Positions 12,490 through 24,560 of a stretch of DNA of 64,000 nt are shown one piece after another. The position numbers were made by a program, and so were the translations under genes. Numbering within the stretch: the first letter of the stretch is position 1; each line of letters starts with the position of its first letter. Where the stretch lies: assembly GCF_902459465.1 (NCBI RefSeq), contig NC_047080.1, positions 4,712,001-4,776,000 of the forward strand. Direction: 5' to 3'. The notes under the pieces are model-generated. The model saw only the letters and a list, made by a program, of their open reading frames with translations, was not told where the DNA came from and searched no databases. The stretch is from Asterias rubens (lineage: Eukaryota).

Positions 12490-15400
12490 GTGGAACTATA
12501 TGTAGGGTACTTGGGGGTAAAAAGGGGTCAGACGCTGGTAAACAGGGGGAAAAGGGGTATGGGGGGGGGGGTTAGGACCTCTGTGGAAAGAGAGCACTTG
12601 TTAGGATATAAAAAGTAGGGTACTTGAAGTAAAGCAGTCAGAAGCTGAACAGGATGAAAGGGGTAAGGTGGGGATAGGAACTCTATAGACAGAGCACCCG
12701 TAAGGATGTAGGGTATTTTGGGGTAAAGCAGGGTCAGAAGCTGGTGAAAGGGGTAAGGTGGGGGATCGGAACTCTGTAGACAGAGCACCAGTAAGGATAT
12801 ATAGGGTACTTTGGGGTAAAGCAGGGTCAGAAGCTGGTGTAAACAGAATGAAAGGGGTAAGGTGGGGATAGGAACTCTGTAGACAGAGCACCGGTAAGGA
12901 TATACAGGGTACTTTGGGGGTAAAGCAGGGTCAGAAGCTGGTGTAAACAGGATGAAAGGGGTAAGGTGGGGATAGTAGGAACTCTGTAGACAGAGCACCG
13001 GTAAGGATATACAGGGTACTTTGGGGGTAAAGCAGGGTCAGAAGCTGGTGTAAACAGAATGAAAGGGGTAAGGTGGGGGATCGGAACTCTGTAGACAGAG
13101 CACCGGTAAGGATATAGGGTACTTTGGGGGTAAAGCAGGGTTAGAAGCTGGTGTAAACAGGATGAAAGGGGGTAAGGTGGGGATAGGAACTCTGTAGACG
13201 GAGCACCGGTAAGGGGGGATGGTACTTTTGGGGTAAAGCAGGGTCAGAAGCTGGTGTAAACAGGATGAAAGGGGGTAAGGTGGGGATAGGAACTCTGTAG
13301 ACAGAGCACCGGTAAGGGGGGATGGTACTTTGGGGGTAAAGCAGGGTCAGAAGCTGGTGTAAACAGAATGAAAGGGGTATGGTGGGGATAGGAACTCTGT
13401 AGACGGAGCACCGGTAAGGGGGGGGGGATGGTACTTTGGGGGTAAAGCAGGGTCAGAAGCTGGTGTAAACAGAATGAAAGGGGTATGGTGGGGATAGGAA
13501 CTCTGTAGACAGAGCACCGGTAAGGGGGGGATGGTACTTTGGGGGTAAAGCAGGGTCAGAAGCTGGTGTAAACAGGATGAAAGGGGTCAGGTGGGGATAG
13601 GAACTCTGTAGACACAGCACCTGTAAGGATATATAGGGTACTTTGGGGGTAAAGCAGGGTCAGAAGCTGGTGTAAACAGAATGAAAGGGGTATGGTGGGG
13701 ATAGGAACTCTGTAGACAGAGCACCTGTAAGGATATATAGGGTACTTTGGGGGTAAAGCAGGGTCAGAAGCTGGTGTAAACAGGATGAAAGGGGTAAGGT
13801 GGGGATAGGAACTCTGTAGACAGAGCACCGGTAAGGATATAGGGTACTTTGGGGGTAAAGCAGGGTTAGAAGCTGGTGTAAACAGGATGAAAGGGGGTAA
13901 GGTGGGGATAGGAACTCTGTAGACGGAGCACCGGTAAGGGGGGATGGTACTTTTGGGGTAAAGCAGGGTCAGAAGCTGGTGTAAACAGGATGAAAGGGGG
14001 TAAGGTGGGGATAGGAACTCTGTAGACAGAGCACCGGTAAGGATATAGGGTACTTTGGGGGTAAAGCAGGGTTAGAAGCTGGTGTAAACAGGATGAAAGG
14101 GGGTAAGGTGGGGATAGGAACTCTGTAGACGGAGCACCGGTAAGGGGGGATGGTACTTTTGGGGTAAAGCAGGGTCAGAAGCTGGTGTAAACAGGATGAA
14201 AGGGGGTAAGGTGGGGATAGGAACTCTGTAGACAGAGCACCGGTAAGGGGGGGATGGTACTTTGGGGGTAAAGCAGGGTCAGAAGCTGGTGTAAACAGAA
14301 TGAAAGGGGTATGGTGGGGATAGGAACTCTGTAGACGGAGCACCGGTAAGGGGGGGATGGTACTTTGGGGGTAAAGCAGGGTCAGAAGCTGGTGTAAACA
14401 GAATGAAAGGGGTATGGTGGGGATAGGAACTCTGTAGACAGAGCACCGGTAAGGGGGGGATTGTACTTTGGGGGTAAAGCAGGGTCAGAAGCTGGTGTAA
14501 ACAGGATGAAAGGGGTCAGGTGGGGATAGGAACTCTGTAGACACAGCACCTGTAAGGATATATAGGGTACTTTGGGGGTAAAGCAGGGTCAGAAGCTGGT
14601 GTAAACAGAATGAAAGGGGTATGGTGGGGATAGGAACTCTGTAGACAGAGCACCTGTAAGGATATATAGGGTACTTTGGGGGTAAAGCAGGGTCAGAAGC
14701 TGGTGTAAACAGAATGAAAGGGGTATTGTGGGGATAGGAACTCTGTAGACAGAGCACCTGTAAGGATATATAGGGTACTTTGGGGGTAAAGCAGGGTCAG
14801 AAGCTGGTGTAAACAGAATGAAAGGGGTATGGTGGGGATAGGAACTCTGTAGACGGAGCACCGGTAAGGATATATAGGGTACTTTGGGGGTAAAGCAGGG
14901 TCAGAAGCTGGTGTAAACAGAATGAAAGGGGTATGGTGGGGATAGGAACTCTGTAGACAGAGCACCTGTAAGGATATATAGGGTACTTTGGGGGTAAAGC
15001 AGGGTCAGAAGCTGGTGTAAACAGGATGAAAGGGGTAAGGTGGGGATAGGAACTCTGTAGACAGAGCACCGGTAAGGATATATAGGGTACTTTGGGGGTA
15101 AAGCAGGGTCAGAAGCTGGTGTTAACAGAATGAAAGGGGTAAGGTGGGGATAGGCACTCTGTAGACAGAGCACCTGTAAGGATATCCAGGGTACTTTGGG
15201 GGTAAAGCAGGGTTAGAAGCTGGTGTAAACAGGATGAAAGGGGTAAGGTGGGGATAGGAACTCTGTAGACAGAGCACCTGTAAGGATATCCAGGGTACTT
15301 TGGGGGTAAAGCAGGGTTAGAAGCTGGTGTAAACAGGATGAAAGGGGTATGGGGATAGGAACTCTGTAGACAGAGCACCAATAAGAATAGAGGGTACTTT

Positions 15401-15490
15401 GGGGGTAAAGCGGGGTCAGAAGCAGGTGTAAACAGGGGGAAAAGTTGGACAGAGCACCTAATAGAGGATATAGGGTACTAGGATTTGGGG
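12490..15490. repeat. G-rich minisatellite, about 104-bp unit, about 28 copies, degenerate at both edges
   Basis: ggggtaaggtggggataggaactctgtagacagagcaccggtaaggatatatagggtactttgggggtaaagcagggtcagaagctggtgtaaacagaatgaaa; track ORFs recur at 104-bp spacing. Confidence 0.97.
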
Positions 15491-16439
15491 TTAAAAGGGG
15501 TCAGAAGCCACTGATGGTGACATCTCACCATTCATGTGTGAATATAATTACGCAAACCTTTCAGAAGGACATAGGACTGACACAGGAGCAGGCAGGGTGC
15601 TACAATATAAGACAAGAAGCTGCTCAATACAAAAGCAAACAATTTAAAGAGGAGTTATTGTGTTGCCCTTGTCTTGACCGTGGTGCCCCATCAAAAGTTT
15701 CCAACAGACTTTAAGTTGTTCTCAACGGAAGTGCCTTTTTAAAAATGAAAATGGCTTTGCCCTTCTCAAAGATGAAATTCAACTTCTGTTAAACAACTAT
15801 GAGAAACACTGTTTTACGTTAAATGTGCTTCTATTAAGTGATACAGGAAGATGTTGGACATGCTTGACCTTCGCTCAATCGACTGAAACATGAAATTGAA
15901 GACTGAAAGGAAGAGGGTGGTGTTCTAAGACATGTGATGTTGAGGATGTTATCGCTTATAAAGATTCGAAACAACAACTGAAGGAGGCAGGCTTAGTTGA
16001 TAGAGCTTCCTGTTTTTATGTTCTTCCTCTAACATCAAATTAGGAATCGTTTAAACCCACGCAGATTACAAAATTATAACAAAGCTTATGACTTTTAAAA
16101 GAGTTTAATATTGTTAGGAAAATTATTTTGTGTGACTACTTTGGTTGACTCCATCCTCGGGTAAATTTGAATACAATTTTGTCTTTTTCTAGAAAATGAG
16201 AAAGGGGTGGTAATATATATATTTTTTTTTTTTTTTTTTTTATTAGGTTTGAAATTAAATATTCCATCTTTGATACGGCAAGGCCACACTTTGCAAAAGG
16301 TACTTGAACTTTGTTGATGGGTGCTAAGGCCAATACCAGGGGAAGTCAGGGCTCCACGAAATTCTAGGCCTGAAAATCTAAAAAATTCCAGATGTGAACA
16401 TTTTTAATTTGAAAAGTAAAATCTGCCCCAACAACCTCT

Positions 16440-16680
16440 TTAAAAGACACTGAACACCTTTGGTAATTGTCAAAGACCAGTCTTCTCACGTGGTGTATCC
16501 CAACATATGCACACAATAACAAACTTGTGAACAATTGGACGACGAAGTTGCGAGATAATAATGGAAGAAAAAACACCCTTGTCACACAAACTCGTTTGAT
16601 TTCGAGACCTCAGGCGTGAGGTCTACAACTCAAAAGAAATATTTTACTGAGAAACTACTTCCTTCTCAACAGCTCAACAG
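16440..16680 (+). mobile_element. Kolobok-like MITE family A, 5' part
   Basis: ttaaaagacactgaacacctttggtaattgtcaaagacc plus partial body. Confidence 0.75.
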
Positions 16681-18039
16681 CAATGCCAATCCATTCTGAC
16701 AATTGACAGGCAAGGTTCCATAAAGGCTTCACATCCGATCAAATCTAAGCATATCCAATGATTTCCCTACAGGTTCTTGATGTGACTCAACGATTCCTTC
16801 CTTCTTCTGTCCATCTACATTTCTGGATCATAGTAACTACTGCAAGAAAACATCAAGTGTTTTTTTTTAAGACATCTGCTGGAAGAGGAAGCACCATCAT
16901 GGAGTCTTAATTCTTGGATAATGTTTTGCTATTGTTTGGGATCAATCGACTGCCTGCCTGGGACTAGTGAAGATTGGGTTACATAGTTTTAAAGTGAAGA
17001 TACAACAGTCGCTTCTTTTAAATCTTAACACTCTTCTCAAGTTCTGTTGATATCACAGATTTAAATATCTGAAACTTGTATCTTTAGTTTTTTTCCTACA
17101 GCCCCTATAACTTGAAAAAAAAAAAACTTGATATACTCTGGTCTAACAATTCTTAAAATGTGTTTTGACTTGGCATTAATAAATTACTAAGAGAGTTTAT
17201 GCACTCTAAAAGGGGGATTACTGGTCACATGGGGTGTTTTAAGATGTGGTATAAAGACGGCTCCGTGAAGTAGCGAATAAATGGGCCCTATAAAGCATTT
17301 TGTTGTGGAAAAGTTCTATAAAATGCACACTGAACTTTAGACCTTGGCTTTGTTAGCAGCTTTAGACCTTGGCTTTGGTTTGGTCCATTTACAGCGGCCA
17401 GCCACCCAGTCAATACCACCCAATGAAGACTGGCTGCTCACACTGTTATTTCCTAAGTTATACTGAAGTGAATGTTTTCCCCTTTTTGGTGGGACAGGGG
17501 CACTATAAAGTATCATATTTCACGGGTTGCAAGAATTGAAGAAACAAACATTCCAAGCAGTAATTCCCATTGACAGTTGTTTTTAGTGAGAAAACGTGGC
17601 GAGTTGGCAACATCTGATATGAATCTGGTGAATGCTGATCACGAATGGAAACAAAATATATCCAAAATGTAAACAGACCCTCCCTTTTCTCTTTAATGAT
17701 ACACCAAAACAATCTAGAACAGTTGCAACTGGGATGCTCTCTGTGTCTTGCATACCACTACATTAACATTTTAAGACATTTTTTTACAAACAAGTCTGCA
17801 AAACTGGAATGAGTGATAAAGTTTTAAGTCGGTCCAGAGATGGGAATAGAAGAAAATATCCATCAAAATTAGTTTAATCTGAAGAATATCCTGAAATCAT
17901 AAGAAAGGGGTCACTGGGGATGACTCCACACAGTCCCATGTGAAGGGGAATAATTTGGAGTTCGGAAGTTCAATATTATTAAGAGGGTGAAGCTGCTTCG
18001 CTTGAACACATGTACAAGGGGCTTTACTCTTTATTGTCA

Positions 18040-18083
18040 GTCTCCTGACGATGACTAGAGCAAGCTAGTCGAAACGTTGAGAC
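18040..18083 (+). ncRNA. Minimal type I hammerhead ribozyme motif (Penelope-like element pLTR remnant, about 18030-18280)
   Basis: gtctc-CTGACGA-t-gactag-agcaag-ctagtc-GAAAC-GTT-gagac: helix I, intact core, helix II and palindromic AACGTT in place of helix III. Confidence 0.82.
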
Positions 18084-18338
18084 CAATTCAGAACTGACTC
18101 CGTGGCAGTACAGTTAATTACGATCCTATAAGCTAAAGTAGTAGTCCAGTCTATTTTCTATACCATCCGCCCTGGTAACAGTTAAAAAGCAGGACAGTTC
18201 TTTTCAGAACTGAGAAGTCTCCCGAGAAGTCTCCCGGATCTCCTGGCAAGTAGATACACACATGGTGTTACCGCAAACTAAATGCAATGCCTCAAATCAT
18301 GGCTTTACTCTTCAACAAGAAAAGTTCTAAATTGAGCC

Positions 18339-18535
18339 CTGGGACTAATTTCATAGAGCTGCTTGAGCAGAAAATATTTTGCCTTTTTTTTTTTGCTAAG
18401 TAGAAATAAGCAGGATACCAGTGAAAAATGTGCATGATACATAGTGTTTTGGCTGGTAATTTTAACTGGTAAGTATGATGTTGATGTGCTTGGCTACTTT
18501 TTGAGCTTAAACTGCTCTATAAAATTGGGCCCAGT
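18339..18535. mobile_element. MITE family with GGGCCCAATTTCATAGAGC TIRs (Harbinger-like, CWG flanks)
   Basis: ctgggactaatttcatagagctg ... ctgctctataaaattgggcccag. Confidence 0.75.
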
Positions 18536-19515
18536 TATTGGCTCAGGATACACTGTAACTTGCAGTATTTTTTACTGAAGAGATAATATGTTAAATTGGA
18601 CCCAGGTTGGAGGGCTTTCTTGCTCCAGACTTGGATTTAGCATCAAAGCTTGATTAAATTGAAGTTAGTGATTTGCAAAGCTGTCTTGGAAACACAATCA
18701 GAAGAAAAACTTGCTTTTAAAAACTCTTCTCAAACGCTGTACGATCATGAATTGGAGAATTGAACAAATTCCGAGTGTGTACAAATGTGCTTAAAGAAAT
18801 ACCGATGCTCCACTAGGGATGTATACAATGCAAAGAATGACGCTACCGCTGCATTTAAATTAGGACTAGGGTTTACTTGGGATTATCCGTCAAGGTAGCT
18901 CAGCGACCGCCTCAAGGGTCTCAAAATGATTCCCAGTTAACAACACAGAGGACCAGTTTGTTCCAAGATGCTCCGAGGTATGAAGGAGGCAAACAAAGAA
19001 GGAACTCTGAGGATCCATCAATCTTGAGGATTATTAGATGCCTTCAAGGGTACGGTAGGGACTAACAGGGGTTAGCTAGCTAACTAGATCAATATTTTGA
19101 TGAGAGGGGAAACGGGTTGGAAGTGGGGCGTCAAGTAGGTCCTGTGAACCACTTTTCCAAAAATCAAGCCGAAAAGCTAATAGGAGTTGAAACCACAGCC
19201 TTTGTGTGTACGGCCATTGAAAGTCTTCTTTCAATTTTCAAAGGGTAAATTTACAGTTGATGACTTCTTGGGTCACTACTTTAAGGCTACCAAGTTTGTT
19301 CTGTAAAGGCAGACATGGTTTGTGTGACTAGTATCTTTGTGAATGGAGCTTTTATGTTTCTTACAAATATACAAGTCCACTGAAGAGTGTTGGATTAGCA
19401 ACTCCCAAATTCAACGAGTTATATTAACCTGGGCCAGTGGTACTCTTGAGCCTTGAGGTTGTGTTCAAAAGAATAATATGTCCTGTTTCTTTCTTGACAT
19501 TGAATCCTCAAAAGC

Positions 19516-19777
19516 TGAAAGACACTGGACACTATTGGTAATTGTCAAAGACCAGTCTTCTCACTTGATGTATCTCAACATATACATACAAAAACAAACC
19601 TGTGAAAATTTGAGCTCAGTCGGTCGTCGAAGTTGTGAGATATAATGAAAGAAAAAACTAGCTTGTCACACAAAGTTGTGTGCTTTCAGTTGCTTGATTT
19701 CGAGACCTCAAATTCTAAATCTGAGGACTAGTGAAGACTAGTCTTTGACAATTACCAATAGTGTCCTTTGCCTTTAA
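19516..19777 (+). mobile_element. Kolobok-like MITE A derivative with left-arm sequence at both ends
   Basis: Left ...ggtaattgtcaaagaccagtcttctcac; right gtgaagactagtctttgacaattaccaatagtgtcc...cctttaa. Confidence 0.8.
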
Positions 19778-20268
19778 ACAGCCTGGGCCAATCTAACTGC
19801 TGTTAAAAATCCCGCCATTCTTTTTCAGAATCAACACTACTCAAAAGAAATTACACATGGGGCTAGCGCAAACCTCACCTAATAATATTCTACTTTCGCT
19901 TCTTGAAATTGAAATCTAAAAAACTTAAGCGGCAGGTGCTCTGTGAAATATGATGCGGCTGATTACCTTGGATCAGTTTGTGTCGTGGCACATTTCACTA
20001 ACCTTCTTTCAACATGGTTGAGTATTTCTAAATGTACATCAAATCCTGGTTGATTTAATTTGAAAATAGCGACAAAAATTGTCAGAAATAACTTGACACG
20101 TCCTACGAATGGAATACTAATCAAAAGAGAGTGTAATATCAAACGTCATAAAATTAATTGAATTGGCCAGTGTCTGTATTAATCTTATTCAACTGTCATC
20201 ACTTTATGTCTAAAATCACGAGCAAAAACTAGTATAAAACACAGCATAAGACTTTTCTACAAGGAGGG

Positions 20269-20453
20269 TAAAGGCCCGGTCACACAGGCCCCGATAACGA
20301 GAACGATAACGAGAACGATAAAAATGCACGCCCTCGATTGGTTGAAATGCTCCACTCAGAATACGTCCACGCTCATTCAACCAATCGAGGGCGTGCATTT
20401 GTATCGTTCTCGTTATAGTTCTCGTTATCGGGGCCTGTGTGACCGGGCCTTTA
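20269..20453. mobile_element. Palindromic MITE (PIF/Harbinger- or Tc1-type), about 185 bp
   Basis: taAAGGCCCGGTCACACAGGCCCCGATAACGAGAAC ... GGGGCCTGTGTGACCGGGCCTTta; about 80-bp near-perfect arms; TA/TWA flanks. Confidence 0.85.
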
Positions 20454-20844
20454 GGCTTTCCACAATCAATTTCATCACAACCTAAAGAAAATAAAACCTT
20501 TAGAAAGAGTTCAACTTAAAGGCCATTTTAAAAGGTCTCCTCTTCTATATTTGGACAAAAACAAAAACTAAAATAACCTCCGGCATGAACTCTTGCCAAT
20601 TGTTTTTCAACACAATATAAAATTATTTTATTTTCAAGCCAGCCGAACCCTTTTTAGAAACTCACCTAGGACTTGGCCAAAGAAAGATAACATGTTTCCC
20701 CTTCTGATTAAAGCTTTCAAATAAAAGTAAAATGACAGGCCTCTTTTTTGTTGGTGTTATGTTTATGAAATAAGTCTTCAACTTCCATGTGGGTGTTGCC
20801 TCAGGGATTCTACGCGGAACTAAACCATGTAAATAGAATCTGGT

Positions 20845-22900
20845 ATCTCATGGGATTGTCAGCAGACATTACTTCCGACAGATTTCTGCTCCCAAGGAGC
20901 TGAGATTTTTCTTCAAGATTTTAAAGAAGCAGATCATGAAAACATGGAGCAGCGTCCGGGACCTGGGGGCCAAGGATGAGGATTCTGAGAGTTGGGTCCA
21001 AGGGTCAAGCTTGAGGGAGTTCATTTAGGATTTTAAAGATTGGAAACAGGTTTGAGTGTTGTCTTTTGAGCCTCACCCATTCCTTCAAATGGACTCAAAT
21101 GGACAGATAAGGTGCTGAAACAGCTGAAAAATATAAAACTACAACTGATGTTGATGTTCCGTTGGAATATGGAAACTATCCAATTCCAAATGACGCACTT
21201 ACACAACTTCATAATGAGGCCTTCTTTTAATCTTTAAATTTGTCTCTCTAGTAGTCATATGCATTTTCCCCTGGTCTCCTCCTCAAATTGCCCCCTGCCT
21301 GAATGCTCCCACCCCCAGCCTGTCTTTCAAGTGCTGCTTCTTGAAGATCCATGGTTTCACAAACTGACCATAAATATTATCCTATAATAATAAAGACATT
21401 TTTCAAAGAATGCAAGGAAACGTCAAATCTATAGGAGTCAAGGACATGCATCAATCAGCCAATTACCCAGGCAGTAAAATCAAACAGCCTTCAAATCACA
21501 GGTTTTTGTCTTCTCTGAATCCAGCGAGGTGTTAGAGGAAGTAGGTCATCACATCAAACCGTTCAAGGTGCACATAAATCAAGCAGCAGGACAAGACGAT
21601 TCCCAACGCTACTTATTTACACCTCTTCAAGACTTAGATCAAGACACAAGAGGATCGTAAATTGGAACTTTCAAACACAGATTGAATCCTTTCAAATTAG
21701 GCACAACCCCCAGCTCAACAACCATCCCCCTCCCAAGTTCAACTCCATCTAGGGAGCTAGATCCAGCAGGGGAACAACGGATCAATTTAACACCCCTCAC
21801 ACTGCATGCCTACATCAAGATAAGAGAACCTGACTATCTTATCTGCTATGTAAGTCAGTTTGCTCTGAGAGGGAAGCCAGACTTCTTTCATGTTAGCCCC
21901 TAAGCTCCCGGGATCAAAATAAGGAGCTGCGGAGATTAGATGTTTTAAGAGGGACCAGAAGTGAATGGGAGGTGTTTGATCCTGGATGAGGAGAAAAACA
22001 GGAAGTATGGACTTCTTGGCGGTCGGGCGAAGGAAATGAAGTAAATAAAACATAACATGTGTTTTGTATATTGGCTGATTTTGAAATTGATATTTCAGTC
22101 TTGCCAACGGCATAGGACTGGGCAATTATTTAACCTTACATTGGTAATTTGTAAATAGGCATAATTTCTTTTCCGTTTGATCAGACACAAAAGTTTTACA
22201 TGGTAAACATCTCATGAGAAAGGAGTAAGAAAAAGGATTTCAGCTAACTAGTGGTAGGTTGGCACATTAGACGTAGCAACTTTTCAATAATCCTTACACA
22301 CCCCTGAGAGGAAAATGGAAGAGCCTGAGGTCAATGCCACTTTGTATTCATTGATTGCTTGGCCTGTATACAAAATCCAAACTGATGGCCATTTTAGATC
22401 CATCAATTATATAAATCAGGGCCATTTGTTACTGTACATTGTCCACATAATACATCTACCATGTACATCTTCTAAGGCTGTTTCACAAAATTTGAAGGGC
22501 GTGTGATCTGAAGGTTTTGTATTTCCTATGGTGGTTCAAGCCATCTTCAGTGACCGCATTGCTTAAGAAATCAAGGCAACATCCCTAGGGGTAATTTTAA
22601 CAGTGGGTTCTCACAGTGTCCTTGTCAATGGGTTTGTTGTCATGACCTTGGTCAACCCTGCCAATAGTGACATAACACCTTTCATGCTTGACCCTAACCC
22701 CTGGTTTCTGGATGGGGATGTAAAGAATCAAGACTGAACCGCCTCTAAGATGGAATACCCGGGAGGATTTCTGAGGGGATTTGAACAGGAAGAAAGCGTT
22801 GAGAGGGTTCTACAGAGCGTGGACAATGTTAGGGTTTGTCTGCTTGTGCAGGGATTTGATCTTGGTCAATATTTGTATACTTGACATTCTCTGGGTTGAC
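20845..22900 (+). pseudogene. Fragmented coding-like frames, unknown family
   Basis: Segments such as SRHYFRQISAPKELRFFFKILKKQIMKTWSSVRDLG, KTTTDVDVPLEYGNYPIPNDALTQLHNEAFF and EVLEEVGHHIKPFKVHINQAAGQDDSQRYLFTPLQDLD are separated by stops and frameshifts. Confidence 0.4.
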
Positions 22901-23267
22901 CTATCAGCTAGTCGGCCGTCTGTGACCGCAAAAGTTAGGATATTGACCAATGTTGAGTGACACATTCAAGTGGGCCTGGGACAGTACCAATCAAATAGTA
23001 TTACTCTAATATTATGTCACCATTCATTGTCTTAATCACGTTTTGTTTAAACTGTTCACATTCCACAACTTACAAAAACAATTTTCAGAGATTTTAGTCC
23101 ATTATGGATTTCTCCATTATTCTGCATATAAATCAGCTTTACGCTGATAAAAACCAAATTATGACATTTTAGTTTTAAGAAAATAAAATCCCTACATAAA
23201 GAAAAAAAAAACTTACCGTTTGTCATGAAGAGCACCTTATCCTGTGTCCTACAGTTCCTTGAAGCAG

Positions 23268-23432
23268 CTACATCCACCAGAAGCTAACAGAGAAACTTGT
23301 GCTGAGTGAGCGGACATAGTGCCAGCACCCACGAGGAATATATAACATCTCCCCAGGTCTTAGGATGGCTTCTTGATAGATGGCGGAGGGGAAGAGAGGA
23401 AATCTTAAGACGTCAGGGTTCTCTACATCCAC
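23268..23432 (-). CDS. KDM8: KDM8 last coding exon ([54 protein letters not shown]-stop)
   Basis: gacag| acceptor; [20 protein letters not shown] is the KDM8 C-terminus, including the distal His ligand; TAG at 23270-23268. Confidence 0.96.
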   Translation of the reverse strand: MDVENPDVLRFPLFPSAIYQEAILRPGEMLYIPRGCWHYVRSLSTSFSVSFWWM

Positions 23433-23828
23433 CTGTCACGGAGGAACACAAAGATAGCAGTGTTAAATGTGGTTATGGGGTGAGAGGACTTATGCTCAAC
23501 TTTGACTCAAGTTCAACATTGTTGTTTGACAAGGCAAAACGTATTCCCATTCAACGGTTTTCTCTGTGAAGACTTCATCAAATTTGGGAGGCCACAAGTA
23601 CAAAGTTTGAAATATGCCTAATAGAAATAAATCAATATGTTTAGTAGAATCTTTCTCAAACTGAAATATGGTTGAATCCCTCTGACTCTAAAACTACATT
23701 CCTTTGAAGGGAATGTTTTTTAAAAGCTTTCACTTTGTGAAAAGCTGCAGTGCCTTACCAAGTAAGTTTTTATGGTCATACGATTGTTGGAGTAATTACC
23801 AAAGGTACATCTATAGGCAAGCTCTCCC

Positions 23829-24205
23829 TTAAAGCCATTGGACCCTTTCGGTTCAGAAAAAAAAATAAAAAGTTCACAGATTTACAAATAACTTGCAGGG
23901 TTTACAGAAGGCAATGGTGAAAGACTTCTCTTAAAATATTATTCCATGAAATGCTTTGCTTTTTGAGAAAACAGCAAAACAATATCAATTCTTGATATCG
24001 AGAATTACGGATTTATTTTAAACACATGTCATGACACGGCGAAACGCGCGGAAACAAGGGATGGGATTTTCCGTTGTTTTCTCCCGACTCCGATGACCGA
24101 TTGAGCCTAAATTTTCACAGGTTTGTTATTTTGATATAGAAGTTGTGGTACACAAAGTGTGGGCCTTGGACAACACTGTTTACCGCAAGGGTCCAATGGC
24201 TTTAA
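23829..24205. mobile_element. Kolobok-like MITE family B
   Basis: ttaa-AGCCATTGGACCC ... GGGTCCAATGGCT-ttaa; shares the gagcctaaattttcacaggtttgttatttt subterminal block with family A; another terminus near 47780. Confidence 0.85.
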
Positions 24206-24560
24206 CAGACAGTGGACACTATTGGTAATTATCAAAGACTAGTCTTTAACAGTTTGTGTATCTCAACATGTGCATGAAATAACCAACCTGTGAAAATTTG
24301 AGCTCAATCGGTCGTCAAAGTTGTGAGATAACAATGAAAGAAAAAAAACACCCTTGTCACACGAAGTTGTGTGCTTTCAGATCGATACCTAAAATTCTAA
24401 ACTTGAGGTCTCGAAAATCAAATTCAATGAAAATTACGTCACTTCAGAGGGAGCTGTTTCTCACATTGTTTTGTACTATCAACCTATACCCATTACTCAT
24501 AATCAAGAAAGGTTTTATGATTATAATTATTTTGAGTAATTACCAATAGTGTCCACTGCC
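24206..24560 (+). mobile_element. Kolobok-like MITE family A
   Basis: Family termini and body, directly abutting the family B copy. Confidence 0.85.

Noticed and set aside
12528-15381. Series of 90-156 aa Pro/Leu-rich ORFs
   Set aside because: Artefacts of the 104-bp minisatellite; the frame shifts every unit.
11581-15490. CRISPR-like arrays (64-bp and 104-bp periodicity)
   Set aside because: Units repeat over their whole length with no unique spacers; eukaryotic context; no cas genes.
16700-16790. Adenain/Ulp1-like protease motif GNHWICLD on the minus strand
   Set aside because: Single short motif next to stops, without the accompanying Asp/Cys motifs; not enough to call a Polinton protease.
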